Shown: piece by piece, positions 17,654-26,354 of the stretch | Layout of the letters: each line of letters starts with the position of its first letter | Position numbering within the stretch: position 1 is the first letter of the stretch | From: an uncultured Gammaproteobacteria bacterium | Lineage (GTDB): Bacteria; Patescibacteriota; Microgenomatia; Levybacterales; GWA1-39-11 | Assembly: GCA_964568885.1 (NCBI GenBank) | Contig: CAZMSF010000002.1 | Span: forward strand, 4,367 to 68,366 | Direction of reading: 5' to 3' | DNA length: 64,000 nucleotides | Notes under the pieces: model-generated | The model's input: only the letters and a program-made list of their open reading frames with translations | What the model was told of the DNA's origin: nothing | Databases searched by the model: none | Position numbers and translations under genes: made by a program

Positions 17654-19096
17654 ATGGCAGCAGAAAACGCAACTACCCCGGAACAGCTTGTAGCAGCCGC
17701 ACCATATCCTGAAGAACAATTGATGGCTTTAACTACCCTTGATGGCCGATATAAAAAAGATGTTGAAGACTTAAGGCCTTACGGCAGCGAATTCGGTTTG
17801 ATTGGGGCACGAGCAGAGGTAGAGGGAAGACATCTCGTTTTGCTATCCGATTTTGGAGTCATTAGAACTTTGGCTCCAGGAGAGAGACAATTCCTGTTAG
17901 AATTTGGAACCAACCTGACAGTTCCACAAGCACAACGCGTGAAAGCTTTGGAGGCTGTTAGCGATCATGATGTTCAGGCTGTTGAAAAGATGATGAGAGA
18001 GCAGCTTGGCGGTACGAGCATGGCCGATTTGACTCCATACACTCATCTATTCATGACTTCTGAAAATGATAATAACCTGGCATATCGTGTCATGTTGAAA
18101 AGAGGGACAGAAAGAATTTTAGTCCCGACTGCAGACGCCGGAATAGATGCACTGATGGATATTGCTGCCCACGAAAAAGAAACAAGGATGCCGGCAAGAA
18201 CACATGGGCAAAAGGGTGTCACAACAACTGTAGGGAAAGAAATTGCTTTATTTGCGGTAAGGCTCAATGCACAACTGAGAAAACTTCGAAATATGCAACT
18301 AACAGGCTCTTTTAATGGGGCGGTTGGAAACTTTAACGCGCACGAATACGTTCGGCCCGATATCAATTGGCAGGAATATGCAAAGCAAATGGTTGAAGGA
18401 TTTGGATTTGAGTACAATCCCTTCACAACACAAATTAATCCTTATGAGGATATGGTTGAAGCGTTTCAAACATACCATCGGTTAAATAGCGTGCTTTTGG
18501 ATTGCGATCAGGACATGTGGAGGTATATAAGCGACGATTGGTTTGCACAACAAGCAGTTTTGGGAGAGACTGGGTCTTCGACAATGGCGCAGAAAATCAA
18601 TCCGATTAAGTTTGAGAATAGCGAAGGGAATTTAGCAATGGCCAACGGAATATTTGAAGTGCTTGCAAGAAAACTGCCGGTTTCAAGATTGCAGCGAGAT
18701 TTATCCGACAGTACTGTCATACGAAACGCACCCACAGCAGTTGGATACACCCTGTTATCTTTTAGAAATACATTAAAAGGTCTTGGGAGAATTTATCCAA
18801 ACCACCCGGTTCTTGAAAGGGCAGTTGAAAGCGATTGGAGTGTCCTTACAGAAGCGGTTCAGTCCCAAATGAGAATGGACGGCGATGCCGATGCCTATGA
18901 CAAAGTAAAAAATGCATCAAGGGGAAAGAGAATAGATGGTGACAACTGGGAGAAATGGTTGGATGAGGTTCCCGATATTTTGGATGAAAGTAAGGAAAAA
19001 TTACGAACCTTAACACCGGGTGAGTATATTGGGATTGCTCCTGACCTTGTCGACCAAATTGCAGATGTAATCAAAAACACGCGGCAAGGAAAATAA
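17654..19096 (+). CDS. purB: adenylosuccinate lyase
   Basis: The fumarate-lyase signature [26 protein letters not shown] matches E. coli-type PurB ([20 protein letters not shown]). Confidence 0.9.
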   Translation: [480 protein letters not shown]

Positions 19097-19109
19097 ATCT
19101 TCAGCTTCT

Positions 19110-20222
19110 CTATCTTTGGAATTTTGGTGTTAGGACATTTTCGGTATTAAGCAGGCCATATTTTGACAGGAGTGAGGACAAGATAGGAGAGCGCGTTGCG
19201 TACAAAAGTTTCTTTGGGAATTTTTCAGCGACCAAATTCTCTACCTCATGAAATCCTAAAAGATACGAAGCATCCTTTGGGAAGCCACCGGGCGCAGAGG
19301 TGTCGGAGAGTCCGCGTTTGACTCTATATGTCATGACAAATGCACGCTGTGGGGTAAGAGTTTCTGAGAGTGAATCAAAAATCTCACGAAAACTTTTATG
19401 CAAAAGCCTGACTGCTTTTATCCGCGAGAAGTACATTTCAAATGCACTCGGCGTTATTTTTCGCGTCATCACTTCGTTGTAGACGGCAAGACCTTCGCCG
19501 TACAGATGCTGGTTACCATATTTGGAAAGCTCCGAAAGAATCGAAGACCCGCGCCGGGCATTCTCTGCTTGAAGTACGTGGCTTTCAATTTCATGAATAA
19601 CCAGTCTGTCAACATTGCACTCAAAACGCTTTATATCACACCCAATATTTACCGATTGCCTTCCGACATTTATGATATGTGGCGAAAAAGCATCAATATT
19701 GACGTCGAATCCATTAATACTATATTTGTTCAACACCATTTCAAAGCGCTCTTTTATCTTTCCCGCATTCTGCATCCGGTGCGTAATATGCATCGTAAAT
19801 TCAACTTTGGGAGTATTGGTGAGCAGAAGGTCGAGTCTGTCGGTTCCCCAATCAAATAGCTTATGAGCATTATCTGAAAATTTATCCGTACCTATTGAGC
19901 TTTTCGTCAAAAAGAGATTTTTCTGATCATCAAGAAATTCCAGAAAGTACTCTTTCAATTCGTCCGGCAACAAAAGCGTATCTATCTCCGATTTAAATCC
20001 GTCGATTATTTTGGGGATATCTTTAAACTCCCTTTTTTTATAAATATATTGGGGATTATATGTGCTTGAATTAAAAAATTTTTCCAGCTCCTCTTTGTAG
20101 TTGAGCGGAGTCAATGATTCGGTACCTATATGAAGAGACTTTTTTATTTCTAAAAATTTCTTTGCAATTTCTTCGAGCTGTTGTTTTACCTTTTCCTGGA
20201 TTACACTTTCTTCTTTTGCCAT
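19110..20222 (-). CDS. DUF1704-family putative zinc metallopeptidase (QEGLA-motif / MATCAP-like)
   Basis: HExxH motif VIHEIESHVLQ and a GEGLAVY motif resembling the QEGLA signature. No TM segment. Confidence 0.5.
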   Translation of the reverse strand: MAKEESVIQEKVKQQLEEIAKKFLEIKKSLHIGTESLTPLNYKEELEKFFNSSTYNPQYIYKKREFKDIPKIIDGFKSEIDTLLLPDELKEYFLEFLDDQKNLFLTKSSIGTDKFSDNAHKLFDWGTDRLDLLLTNTPKVEFTMHITHRMQNAGKIKERFEMVLNKYSINGFDVNIDAFSPHIINVGRQSVNIGCDIKRFECNVDRLVIHEIESHVLQAENARRGSSILSELSKYGNQHLYGEGLAVYNEVMTRKITPSAFEMYFSRIKAVRLLHKSFREIFDSLSETLTPQRAFVMTYRVKRGLSDTSAPGGFPKDASYLLGFHEVENLVAEKFPKKLLYATRSPILSSLLSKYGLLNTENVLTPKFQR

Positions 20223-20535
20223 CGGGGTAATTATAGTATCACTACGTTGCTTCTTTGTCGAATTACCGCAAGAATTTTAGAAGTAGAATCCAGGTATTAG
20301 GGTATAATTTTTAGGGTTTAGCTTTTGAATAAATAAATAAACCAAAAAAAGTTTAAAAGATATGAATGTAAGCCTAATAATGTTTGCAGTTTAGATAAAA
20401 AAATATACTAAAAAGGGTAAAAAGGAAGAAATATGTTTTGTGGAAAAAAAGTCCCAAATGCGGGGATAGATGGAATTTTTCAAGACAAAAAAAGACTGTG
20501 TCATACTGCATCACGATTTTTTGGCCCTCAAAGCA

Positions 20536-20564
20536 TTGATAAGTGAGAGCGCAAAGCATACAAT
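20536..20564 (+). promoter_or_regulatory. promoter TTGATA-17-TACAAT; predicted TSS coincides with ATG 20571 (leaderless)
   Basis: Hexamers at 20536-20541 and 20559-20564. There is no SD before the ATG. Confidence 0.5.
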
Positions 20565-20570
20565 ATCTTC

Positions 20571-22127
20571 ATGCAACTTAATAAATACTCGGAAAGCCTT
20601 ATCCAACTTTTCGAGAAGGCCAAAGAAAAGCCAATCGAAACTGCTAATGTTGTAAATCCTCTCGTTTCGGAACTTGCTTCATGGTACGAAAAATTCCGTA
20701 ATTCAATTGAGTATAGGGATGAAGAGGTGATATTGAGAGCATCAATTGAGCGGATTTTAAAAAGACGCTTGGCACTTGGAGGGACCGGTGCAACTGCCGC
20801 AAAGCCTCTCCTTAAAGAATTGGTATGGGCACGGTATTTTCCGGAAAGTCTTTATACGGAAGAGACCATTTCAAGAATTGAAAGAGTAATTAATTTTTAT
20901 CTCCAACTAAAAAGCGAGGCGGTAAAAAGAGGGTTGAAAGAAGGAAACATGCGGGAGCTGATGTTCCAACTCATGTCTTCGGATGTTGAGCAGTCGCTGC
21001 ATCCTAATAAGGTAGAAGAAGCTGTCGGGAATTACATCTTTCATGTTCTGCAGAAAAGTATTGCAGTTGAAGAAACGATGGAAGAAGAGAGAGACGTGCA
21101 GCTTTTTATTGCAATCCGCAGAGCGTATTCAAAAGACGATATTGCATTTTTGAGATTTAAATTATTCACACAATATTTCGGAAAAATGAGCAACCAGGAA
21201 GTAGCGGAAGTGGCCGATAAATTTAAAGATGCGAACGAACAGATAGAGAAACAATTGACGCATCCTGCTCGGTTTAAGATATTGTCATATGTCAAAAGAC
21301 AAATTCCCGCATTCCTTATCATGGAGGATATTTTTGCAACACAGGACAGCATAAAAGATTTGGTGCAGAATGAAGAAGAGTTGGATGCGGTTATTTTGGC
21401 CGCATGCAAGAGGAAATACAAAACGATTTCGGAGAAAGTAAGACGTGCCATTATACGAAGTGTTATTTTTATTCTTCTTTCGAAAACAGTAATTGCATTT
21501 GGTGTTGAGGGGACATATGAGCGAATATTTTTGGGACACGTTCAGTGGCTAACTTTAGCGCTGAATGTTGCCATCCCAACGCTTTTTATGATCGTCGTTG
21601 GATTTTCTATCCGCACTCCGGGAGACAAAAATTCACGTTTAATTCTGTCCAGAATACATGCATTGCTTTTTGACGAGGAACCTAAAATTGGCCGCGCGAT
21701 TGATTTTCCGGTTCCGGATAAAAAGCCGAGAAGCGCCATGGATTGGGTCTTTTGGGTATTGTGGGTGACTGCATTTTTACTAAGTTTTGGTGCGGTGTCT
21801 TTGGGTCTTTCATTATTGCATTTCAGCATGGTATCTCAGGGCATATTCATTTTCTTCTTGGCAATCGTGTCATTTCTTGCGTACCGCATCAATATCACCG
21901 CGCATGAATATAGCGTTGAGAACAGGCAGGGGCTTTTGACACCGATTATCGATTTTTTCTTTATGCCGATAGCAAGAGTTGGACAGTATCTGACGGCAGG
22001 AATTTCTCAGATAAATATTTTTCTTTTTATTCTGGACTTTATTATAGAAGCACCATACAAAGCTATTGTCGGATTTTTTGACCAGTGGTTTTTCTTCTTG
22101 CACTCAAAGCGTGAGGAAATCGGCTAG
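20571..22127 (+). CDS. hypothetical membrane protein (large cytoplasmic N-domain plus C-terminal multi-TM region)
   Basis: 518-aa ORF with about 330 soluble residues followed by at least 5 hydrophobic helices. It is divergent from the DUF1704 gene. Confidence 0.55.
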   Translation: MQLNKYSESLIQLFEKAKEKPIETANVVNPLVSELASWYEKFRNSIEYRDEEVILRASIERILKRRLALGGTGATAAKPLLKELVWARYFPESLYTEETISRIERVINFYLQLKSEAVKRGLKEGNMRELMFQLMSSDVEQSLHPNKVEEAVGNYIFHVLQKSIAVEETMEEERDVQLFIAIRRAYSKDDIAFLRFKLFTQYFGKMSNQEVAEVADKFKDANEQIEKQLTHPARFKILSYVKRQIPAFLIMEDIFATQDSIKDLVQNEEELDAVILAACKRKYKTISEKVRRAIIRSVIFILLSKTVIAFGVEGTYERIFLGHVQWLTLALNVAIPTLFMIVVGFSIRTPGDKNSRLILSRIHALLFDEEPKIGRAIDFPVPDKKPRSAMDWVFWVLWVTAFLLSFGAVSLGLSLLHFSMVSQGIFIFFLAIVSFLAYRINITAHEYSVENRQGLLTPIIDFFFMPIARVGQYLTAGISQINIFLFILDFIIEAPYKAIVGFFDQWFFFLHSKREEIG

Positions 22128-22258
22128 ATACTGATGGGTCCTGTCACTTCTCGCCCCAATTTGCGCTGCTTTTCGCCCGCTCTACTTGTTTGGAATTTTT
22201 ATGTTCGCTTGCAAAAAGTTCTCAATTGGGGTCCCCAGTCGTGCCACCCATTCGAAGG

Positions 22259-22597
22259 CTATTTGATATCCAGAAGTTCTACCTCGAAGATGAGGTCGGC
22301 TAGGGGAGGGATAACGTCTCCGGCGCCTTCCTCACCATACCCCATGGTGTAGGGGATAAAGAGTTTTCTTTTTCCTCCGACTTTCATTCCGGGAACTCCT
22401 TCGTCCCAACCTTTTATCACATGCCCGACGCCAATAAGTGTTTCAAATGGAATGCCACGGTCTACTGAAGAATCGAATTTTTCCCCGTCATCGAAGGTCC
22501 CTGTGTAATGCATTACAACACGGTCTCCGGATTTTGCTTCGCGTCCTTTTCCGACAACAATATCTTCAATAACAAGTTTTGAAATAGGAGTTTTCAT
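22259..22597 (-). CDS. FKBP-type peptidyl-prolyl cis-trans isomerase
   Basis: GDRVVMHYTGTFDDGEKFDSSVDRGIPFETLIGVGHVIKGWDEGVPGMKVGGKRKLFIP is a textbook FKBP domain. Confidence 0.9.
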   Translation of the reverse strand: MKTPISKLVIEDIVVGKGREAKSGDRVVMHYTGTFDDGEKFDSSVDRGIPFETLIGVGHVIKGWDEGVPGMKVGGKRKLFIPYTMGYGEEGAGDVIPPLADLIFEVELLDIK

Positions 22598-22601
22598 ACA
22601 T

Positions 22602-22892
22602 TCATTTTACACCAACAAAATCAATTCGTGGAAGGAATGCTCTGATTTGGTCCCAGAATTTATCTGCAAGTCCTGAGGAGTATTTCGAGAACTGGCCGCT
22701 ATTTTGGTGAGCGGTCAATTTCATTTCGTATTCGCGGATTATATCAACTACTTTTTTACCTTTTTCATTGAATTCATTTTTATATTCTTCCTCATTTTGG
22801 AGGAATTTGTCATGGATATCCTTAAAATCCAGCATCAAGTCCCGGTGCTGTTCCATCATCTCTAAGAATAATTGGCGGTATTTGGCTGACAT
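22602..22892 (-). CDS. hypothetical protein
   Basis: 96-aa ORF lying 4 bp upstream of the FKBP gene on the same strand. Confidence 0.4.
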   Translation of the reverse strand: MSAKYRQLFLEMMEQHRDLMLDFKDIHDKFLQNEEEYKNEFNEKGKKVVDIIREYEMKLTAHQNSGQFSKYSSGLADKFWDQIRAFLPRIDFVGVK

Positions 22893-22939
22893 GGTTTAAG
22901 TATATTAAAGAGTATAAGCTTTCGAGTCAAGAGGCCTTT

Positions 22940-22948
22940 TGATATAAT
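22940..22948 (+). promoter_or_regulatory. extended -10 element TGATATAAT upstream of trhO
   Basis: Perfect TGnTATAAT at 22940-22948. Confidence 0.35.
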
Positions 22949-23020
22949 TGTAAGCTATGAATAACTATCAAATTTTGTTATTTTACCCCGAGCGAAGCGA
23001 GTGGGCAAAATAAAATTCAT

Positions 23021-23929
23021 ATGAATAATTTTCAAGTTCTTTTATTTTATAAATATATTCCAATTGAAAATCCTGTGCACGAAATGCGCGAGCAGAAGAG
23101 GCTTTGTGAGCGGTTAGGGTTGAGGGGACGGATAATTATTGCCACGGAAGGAATTAATGGAACGGTTGAGGGAACTGTTGAGAATACGGAGGAATACATG
23201 CAAATTATAATGCAAGACCCTCGATTTTCTGATATTAATTGGAAAAAATCGGAGGGAACGGGAAATGCATTCCCAAAGCTAAAAGTGAAAGTGAGAGAGG
23301 AAATTGTAAGCCTTCATCTTCACGACAAAGACATAAAGCCATGGAAAGTTACAGGAAAATACTTGGAAGCGGAGGAATTACATAGATGGTTTGAGGAAGG
23401 AAGAGAGTTCTACATTGTTGACATGAGGAATGATTATGAGCATAAAAGCGGGTATTTTGAAGGTTCGATACTGCCTCCCTTCAGTAATTTTAGAGATCTC
23501 TCAGAATTGTTACCGCATCTTGAAAGTTTGAAAAACAAGACTGTAGTGACCGTATGCACCGGTGGAGTCAGGTGCGAAAAAGCATCCGGTTTTTTGATAA
23601 AAAATGGATTTGCGGATGTGTACCAATTGAAGAATGGCATCGTAACGTATATGGAAAAATATCCTAACGAACATTTTAAAGGAAAATTATATGTTTTTGA
23701 CGGGCGGATATTAATGGGTTTTAACACCGGTTCTGAGAGGCACGAGGTTGTCGGAAAGTGCGAGAGGTGTTCGGAAACATCGGAACATTACATCAACTGT
23801 GACACCGTAGGATGCCATAGACATTTTATCTTGTGTGAGAAATGTATCGGTGAGTCAGGCAAAGTTTGTCCTGCTGGCTGCAAATATTTAAGAAGAAAGC
23901 AGCGCGAAAATCCCATACACCCCGCATAA
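23021..23929 (+). CDS. trhO: tRNA uridine(34) hydroxylase TrhO/YceA (rhodanese-domain protein)
   Basis: The N-terminal LLFYKYIPIENP…GRIIIATEGINGTVEG and the active-site loop CTGGVRCEKASGFL match E. coli YceA. Confidence 0.8.
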   Translation: MNNFQVLLFYKYIPIENPVHEMREQKRLCERLGLRGRIIIATEGINGTVEGTVENTEEYMQIIMQDPRFSDINWKKSEGTGNAFPKLKVKVREEIVSLHLHDKDIKPWKVTGKYLEAEELHRWFEEGREFYIVDMRNDYEHKSGYFEGSILPPFSNFRDLSELLPHLESLKNKTVVTVCTGGVRCEKASGFLIKNGFADVYQLKNGIVTYMEKYPNEHFKGKLYVFDGRILMGFNTGSERHEVVGKCERCSETSEHYINCDTVGCHRHFILCEKCIGESGKVCPAGCKYLRRKQRENPIHPA

Positions 23930-23930
23930 G

Positions 23931-24026
23931 TTCTTAAACGCAGTCAAGAACTCTCAAAGTTCTTATACGAAGTAAAGAAAACTTCAGCTTTTCTTAAACG
24001 CAGTCAAGAACTCTCAAAGTTCTTAC
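23931..24026 (+). repeat. two copies of a 36-bp direct repeat TTCTTAAACGCAGTCAAGAACTCTCAAAGTTCTTA (23931-23966, 23991-24026), each with a 7-bp-stem hairpin AAGAACT/AGTTCTT
   Basis: Direct reading of the sequence. The copies are spaced 60 bp apart, between trhO and the MFS gene. Confidence 0.7.
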
Positions 24027-24047
24027 TTTCTTTTCACGCCTTTTTTG
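24006..24047 (+). terminator. putative intrinsic terminator (hairpin of second repeat copy followed by T-rich tract)
   Basis: The stem aagaact/agttctt is followed by actttcttttcacgccttttttt. Confidence 0.4.
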
Positions 24048-24227
24048 ATTTAGTGCTATATATTGTGAGCATGGAAGTAGTAGTGAAGAGGTCGGTTTTT
24101 GCCGCTCTCGCAACCATTATATTACTAAGCGCCTACATCGTATCATTGCGATAAAAAAAAGAAGTAGTTGTTGCCATCTTTTTTTCATTGTAAAATGTAA
24201 CCCCCCACATATCATTGCGGGTTTGTC

Positions 24228-25526
24228 ATGGAAAAAAATCAAAATAAATTACTGGCGCTTTTCCCAGCGATGGGGGTGAGAAATTACCAGTATTATTTTG
24301 TGGGGCAGCTCATTTCTCAGGTAGGAACCTGGCTTCAGATAGTATCTGAGGGGTGGTTGGTTTTACAGCTCACCAATTCTGCTTTCCTTATTGGTGTCGT
24401 TGCAGCGTGTGCTACCGTACCGTCTCTCCTTTTTTCTCTTTTTGGCGGTGTAATTGTCGATAGGTTTAACAGAAAATATTTGATAATTGCGACACAAGCA
24501 AGTTCAATGGTCCTGGCGCTTTCTCTTGGATTTTTGACTCTTTTTCATCTTATTAATGTTTGGGAAATTGCATTATTCGCATTTCTACTGGGTGTAGTTA
24601 ATTCCGTTGATATGCCGGCCAGGCAAGCATTTGTATACGAGATGGTTGGTAAAGAAAAAATGGCATCCGCCATCGCTCTTAATGCGGGGATATTCAACTC
24701 TGCCCGGGTAATCGGCCCTTCGGTCGCAGGGATATTGATAGCTATTGTAGGTCCGGCCGGTGCGTATCTTCTGAATGGATTTTCTTATATCGCTGCTATT
24801 ATCGTACAATTCCTGATTGTTCCTATCGCAACACGAAAACATGAGGACCATTCTCATCCGATTCAGGCTATCAAAGATGGAGTATCATATACGGTTGCAC
24901 ATCCTGTAATCAGGTCGCTAATTTTGCTTACCGCAATTATCAGTATATTTGGATGGTCATATACTACAATCATGCCTTTTATCGCAAAAAACACATTTCA
25001 TCAGGGGGCTGCAGGTCTTGGATATCTTTATGCTGCGGCAGGAGTTGGCGCTCTTGTTGCCACCGTCATGGTCAGTTCTATCGGCAATAAAATAAGCCCT
25101 TATATATTCATTCTTGGCGGAAATCTATTGTTTGCGGTATCGATGATAGGTTTTTCTTCCGTCACACATATATTGCCTGCTTACTTTTTCTTGTGTCTTG
25201 GAGGGTTTGGATTGCTTTCGGCATTTGCCGTCATCAATGCCCGCATTCAGCATCTGGTTGAGGGACAATACCGCGGTCGGGTGCTGAGTCTTTATCTTTT
25301 GATGTTTGTCGGCCTTTTTCCTATCGGAAATTTCCAAATAGGTTTTATGTCCGAGCATTTTGGTTCTCAATTTGCGATACGATTTGGAGCATTCGTCGTT
25401 TTAATAGCAGTAGTTGCCGGCTTTTTCGCGAGGGAAAAAATAGCAAAACAACATGAAGAATATGAATCCAAAAAGGAACTGGAAAGCGGAGCGCGAGAAG
25501 TTGTGGTTGACAGTATCAGATCATAG
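24228..25526 (+). CDS. MFS transporter (EntS/macrolide-efflux-like)
   Basis: 12 predicted TM helices with the MFS motif GGVIVDRFNRK. Confidence 0.85.
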   Translation: MEKNQNKLLALFPAMGVRNYQYYFVGQLISQVGTWLQIVSEGWLVLQLTNSAFLIGVVAACATVPSLLFSLFGGVIVDRFNRKYLIIATQASSMVLALSLGFLTLFHLINVWEIALFAFLLGVVNSVDMPARQAFVYEMVGKEKMASAIALNAGIFNSARVIGPSVAGILIAIVGPAGAYLLNGFSYIAAIIVQFLIVPIATRKHEDHSHPIQAIKDGVSYTVAHPVIRSLILLTAIISIFGWSYTTIMPFIAKNTFHQGAAGLGYLYAAAGVGALVATVMVSSIGNKISPYIFILGGNLLFAVSMIGFSSVTHILPAYFFLCLGGFGLLSAFAVINARIQHLVEGQYRGRVLSLYLLMFVGLFPIGNFQIGFMSEHFGSQFAIRFGAFVVLIAVVAGFFAREKIAKQHEEYESKKELESGAREVVVDSIRS

Positions 25527-25602
25527 CCCCCAACACCTTCAGCATTATTGTAAATGCCTTCCATTTATTAGATAGTAATAATAAGAAAGGGGGTGATGTT
25601 TT

Positions 25603-25773
25603 GTGAACGCGAAAATGAAATCATGTTTTACGCCTCATGTTTTGACGCATAGTCTCTTCGGACTTGGGCTTGGAGTTTTGCTGGCATCAGTTATTCCGTC
25701 ACTTGCAATGTGGTGGCTCGGAGTAGTTATTATTGTTGTTGCTTTTGCTTTGGATGCAATGAGAAAGAACTAG
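25603..25773 (+). CDS. putative small membrane protein (~56 aa)
   Basis: A GTG at 25603 (or ATG at 25615) follows an AAGGGGG Shine-Dalgarno. It encodes MKSCFTPHVLTHSLFGLGLGVLLASVIPSLAMWWLGVVIIVVAFALDAMRKN, with two hydrophobic helices. It is below the ORF-track length cutoff. Confidence 0.3.
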   Translation: MNAKMKSCFTPHVLTHSLFGLGLGVLLASVIPSLAMWWLGVVIIVVAFALDAMRKN

Positions 25774-25805
25774 AAATAGTTTTGTTCCACAAGACCTTTT
25801 AGGAT

Positions 25806-25814
25806 TGATATAAT
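25806..25814 (+). promoter_or_regulatory. extended -10 TGATATAAT; ATG of next gene 8 nt downstream (leaderless)
   Basis: TGATATAAT at 25806-25814 and ATG at 25822. Confidence 0.4.
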
Positions 25815-25821
25815 CTTTGCT

Positions 25822-26310
25822 ATGCATGCATATCGAACGGGCCTTGTTATCGGGAGATTTCAGCCATTTCATAATGGACACAAGTTCCTCATCGAAAAAG
25901 CGTTAAAATTGTGTGACAAAATTTATATTGGAATTGGAAGTTCAAATAAATCCGACGATAAAAATCCATATTCTGCAAGTGAGCGACTCTCTCACATAAA
26001 AAAATTTCTGAAGAACGAAAAAATTGAAGACAGAGTCATCAAGATACTAAAACTTAATGACAATCCCGATGATGATGTGTGGTTTGAGAACCTTTACAAA
26101 ATGACGGGACCATTTGATGTGACTATTGGGAACAACCCTTGGAATAACGGCATCATCGAAAGGCATGGAATTCCTGCAGTGTATATAGGATTTCATAAGA
26201 GGCACGTTCTTGAGGGAATAAAAATCAGAAAACTCATGCAGGAAAATAAGAAGTGGGAGGAACGGGTGCCACAGTATCTAGTGGGTCTTATTAAACCTCA
26301 GGGGGAGTAG
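25822..26310 (+). CDS. nicotinamide-nucleotide adenylyltransferase, archaeal NadM-like cytidylyltransferase
   Basis: The GLVIGRFQPFHNGH HxGH nucleotidyltransferase motif and overall similarity to archaeal NMNAT. Confidence 0.7.
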   Translation: MHAYRTGLVIGRFQPFHNGHKFLIEKALKLCDKIYIGIGSSNKSDDKNPYSASERLSHIKKFLKNEKIEDRVIKILKLNDNPDDDVWFENLYKMTGPFDVTIGNNPWNNGIIERHGIPAVYIGFHKRHVLEGIKIRKLMQENKKWEERVPQYLVGLIKPQGE

Positions 26311-26317
26311 GGCGCTC

Positions 26318-26346
26318 TTTACCCTTGCCACGCAATTCTCTATAAT
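26318..26346 (+). promoter_or_regulatory. promoter TTTACC-17-TATAAT; ATG 26355 lies 9 nt after -10 (leaderless or 2-nt leader)
   Basis: Hexamers at 26318-26323 and 26341-26346. There is no SD. Confidence 0.45.
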
Positions 26347-26354
26347 GAATAGCA

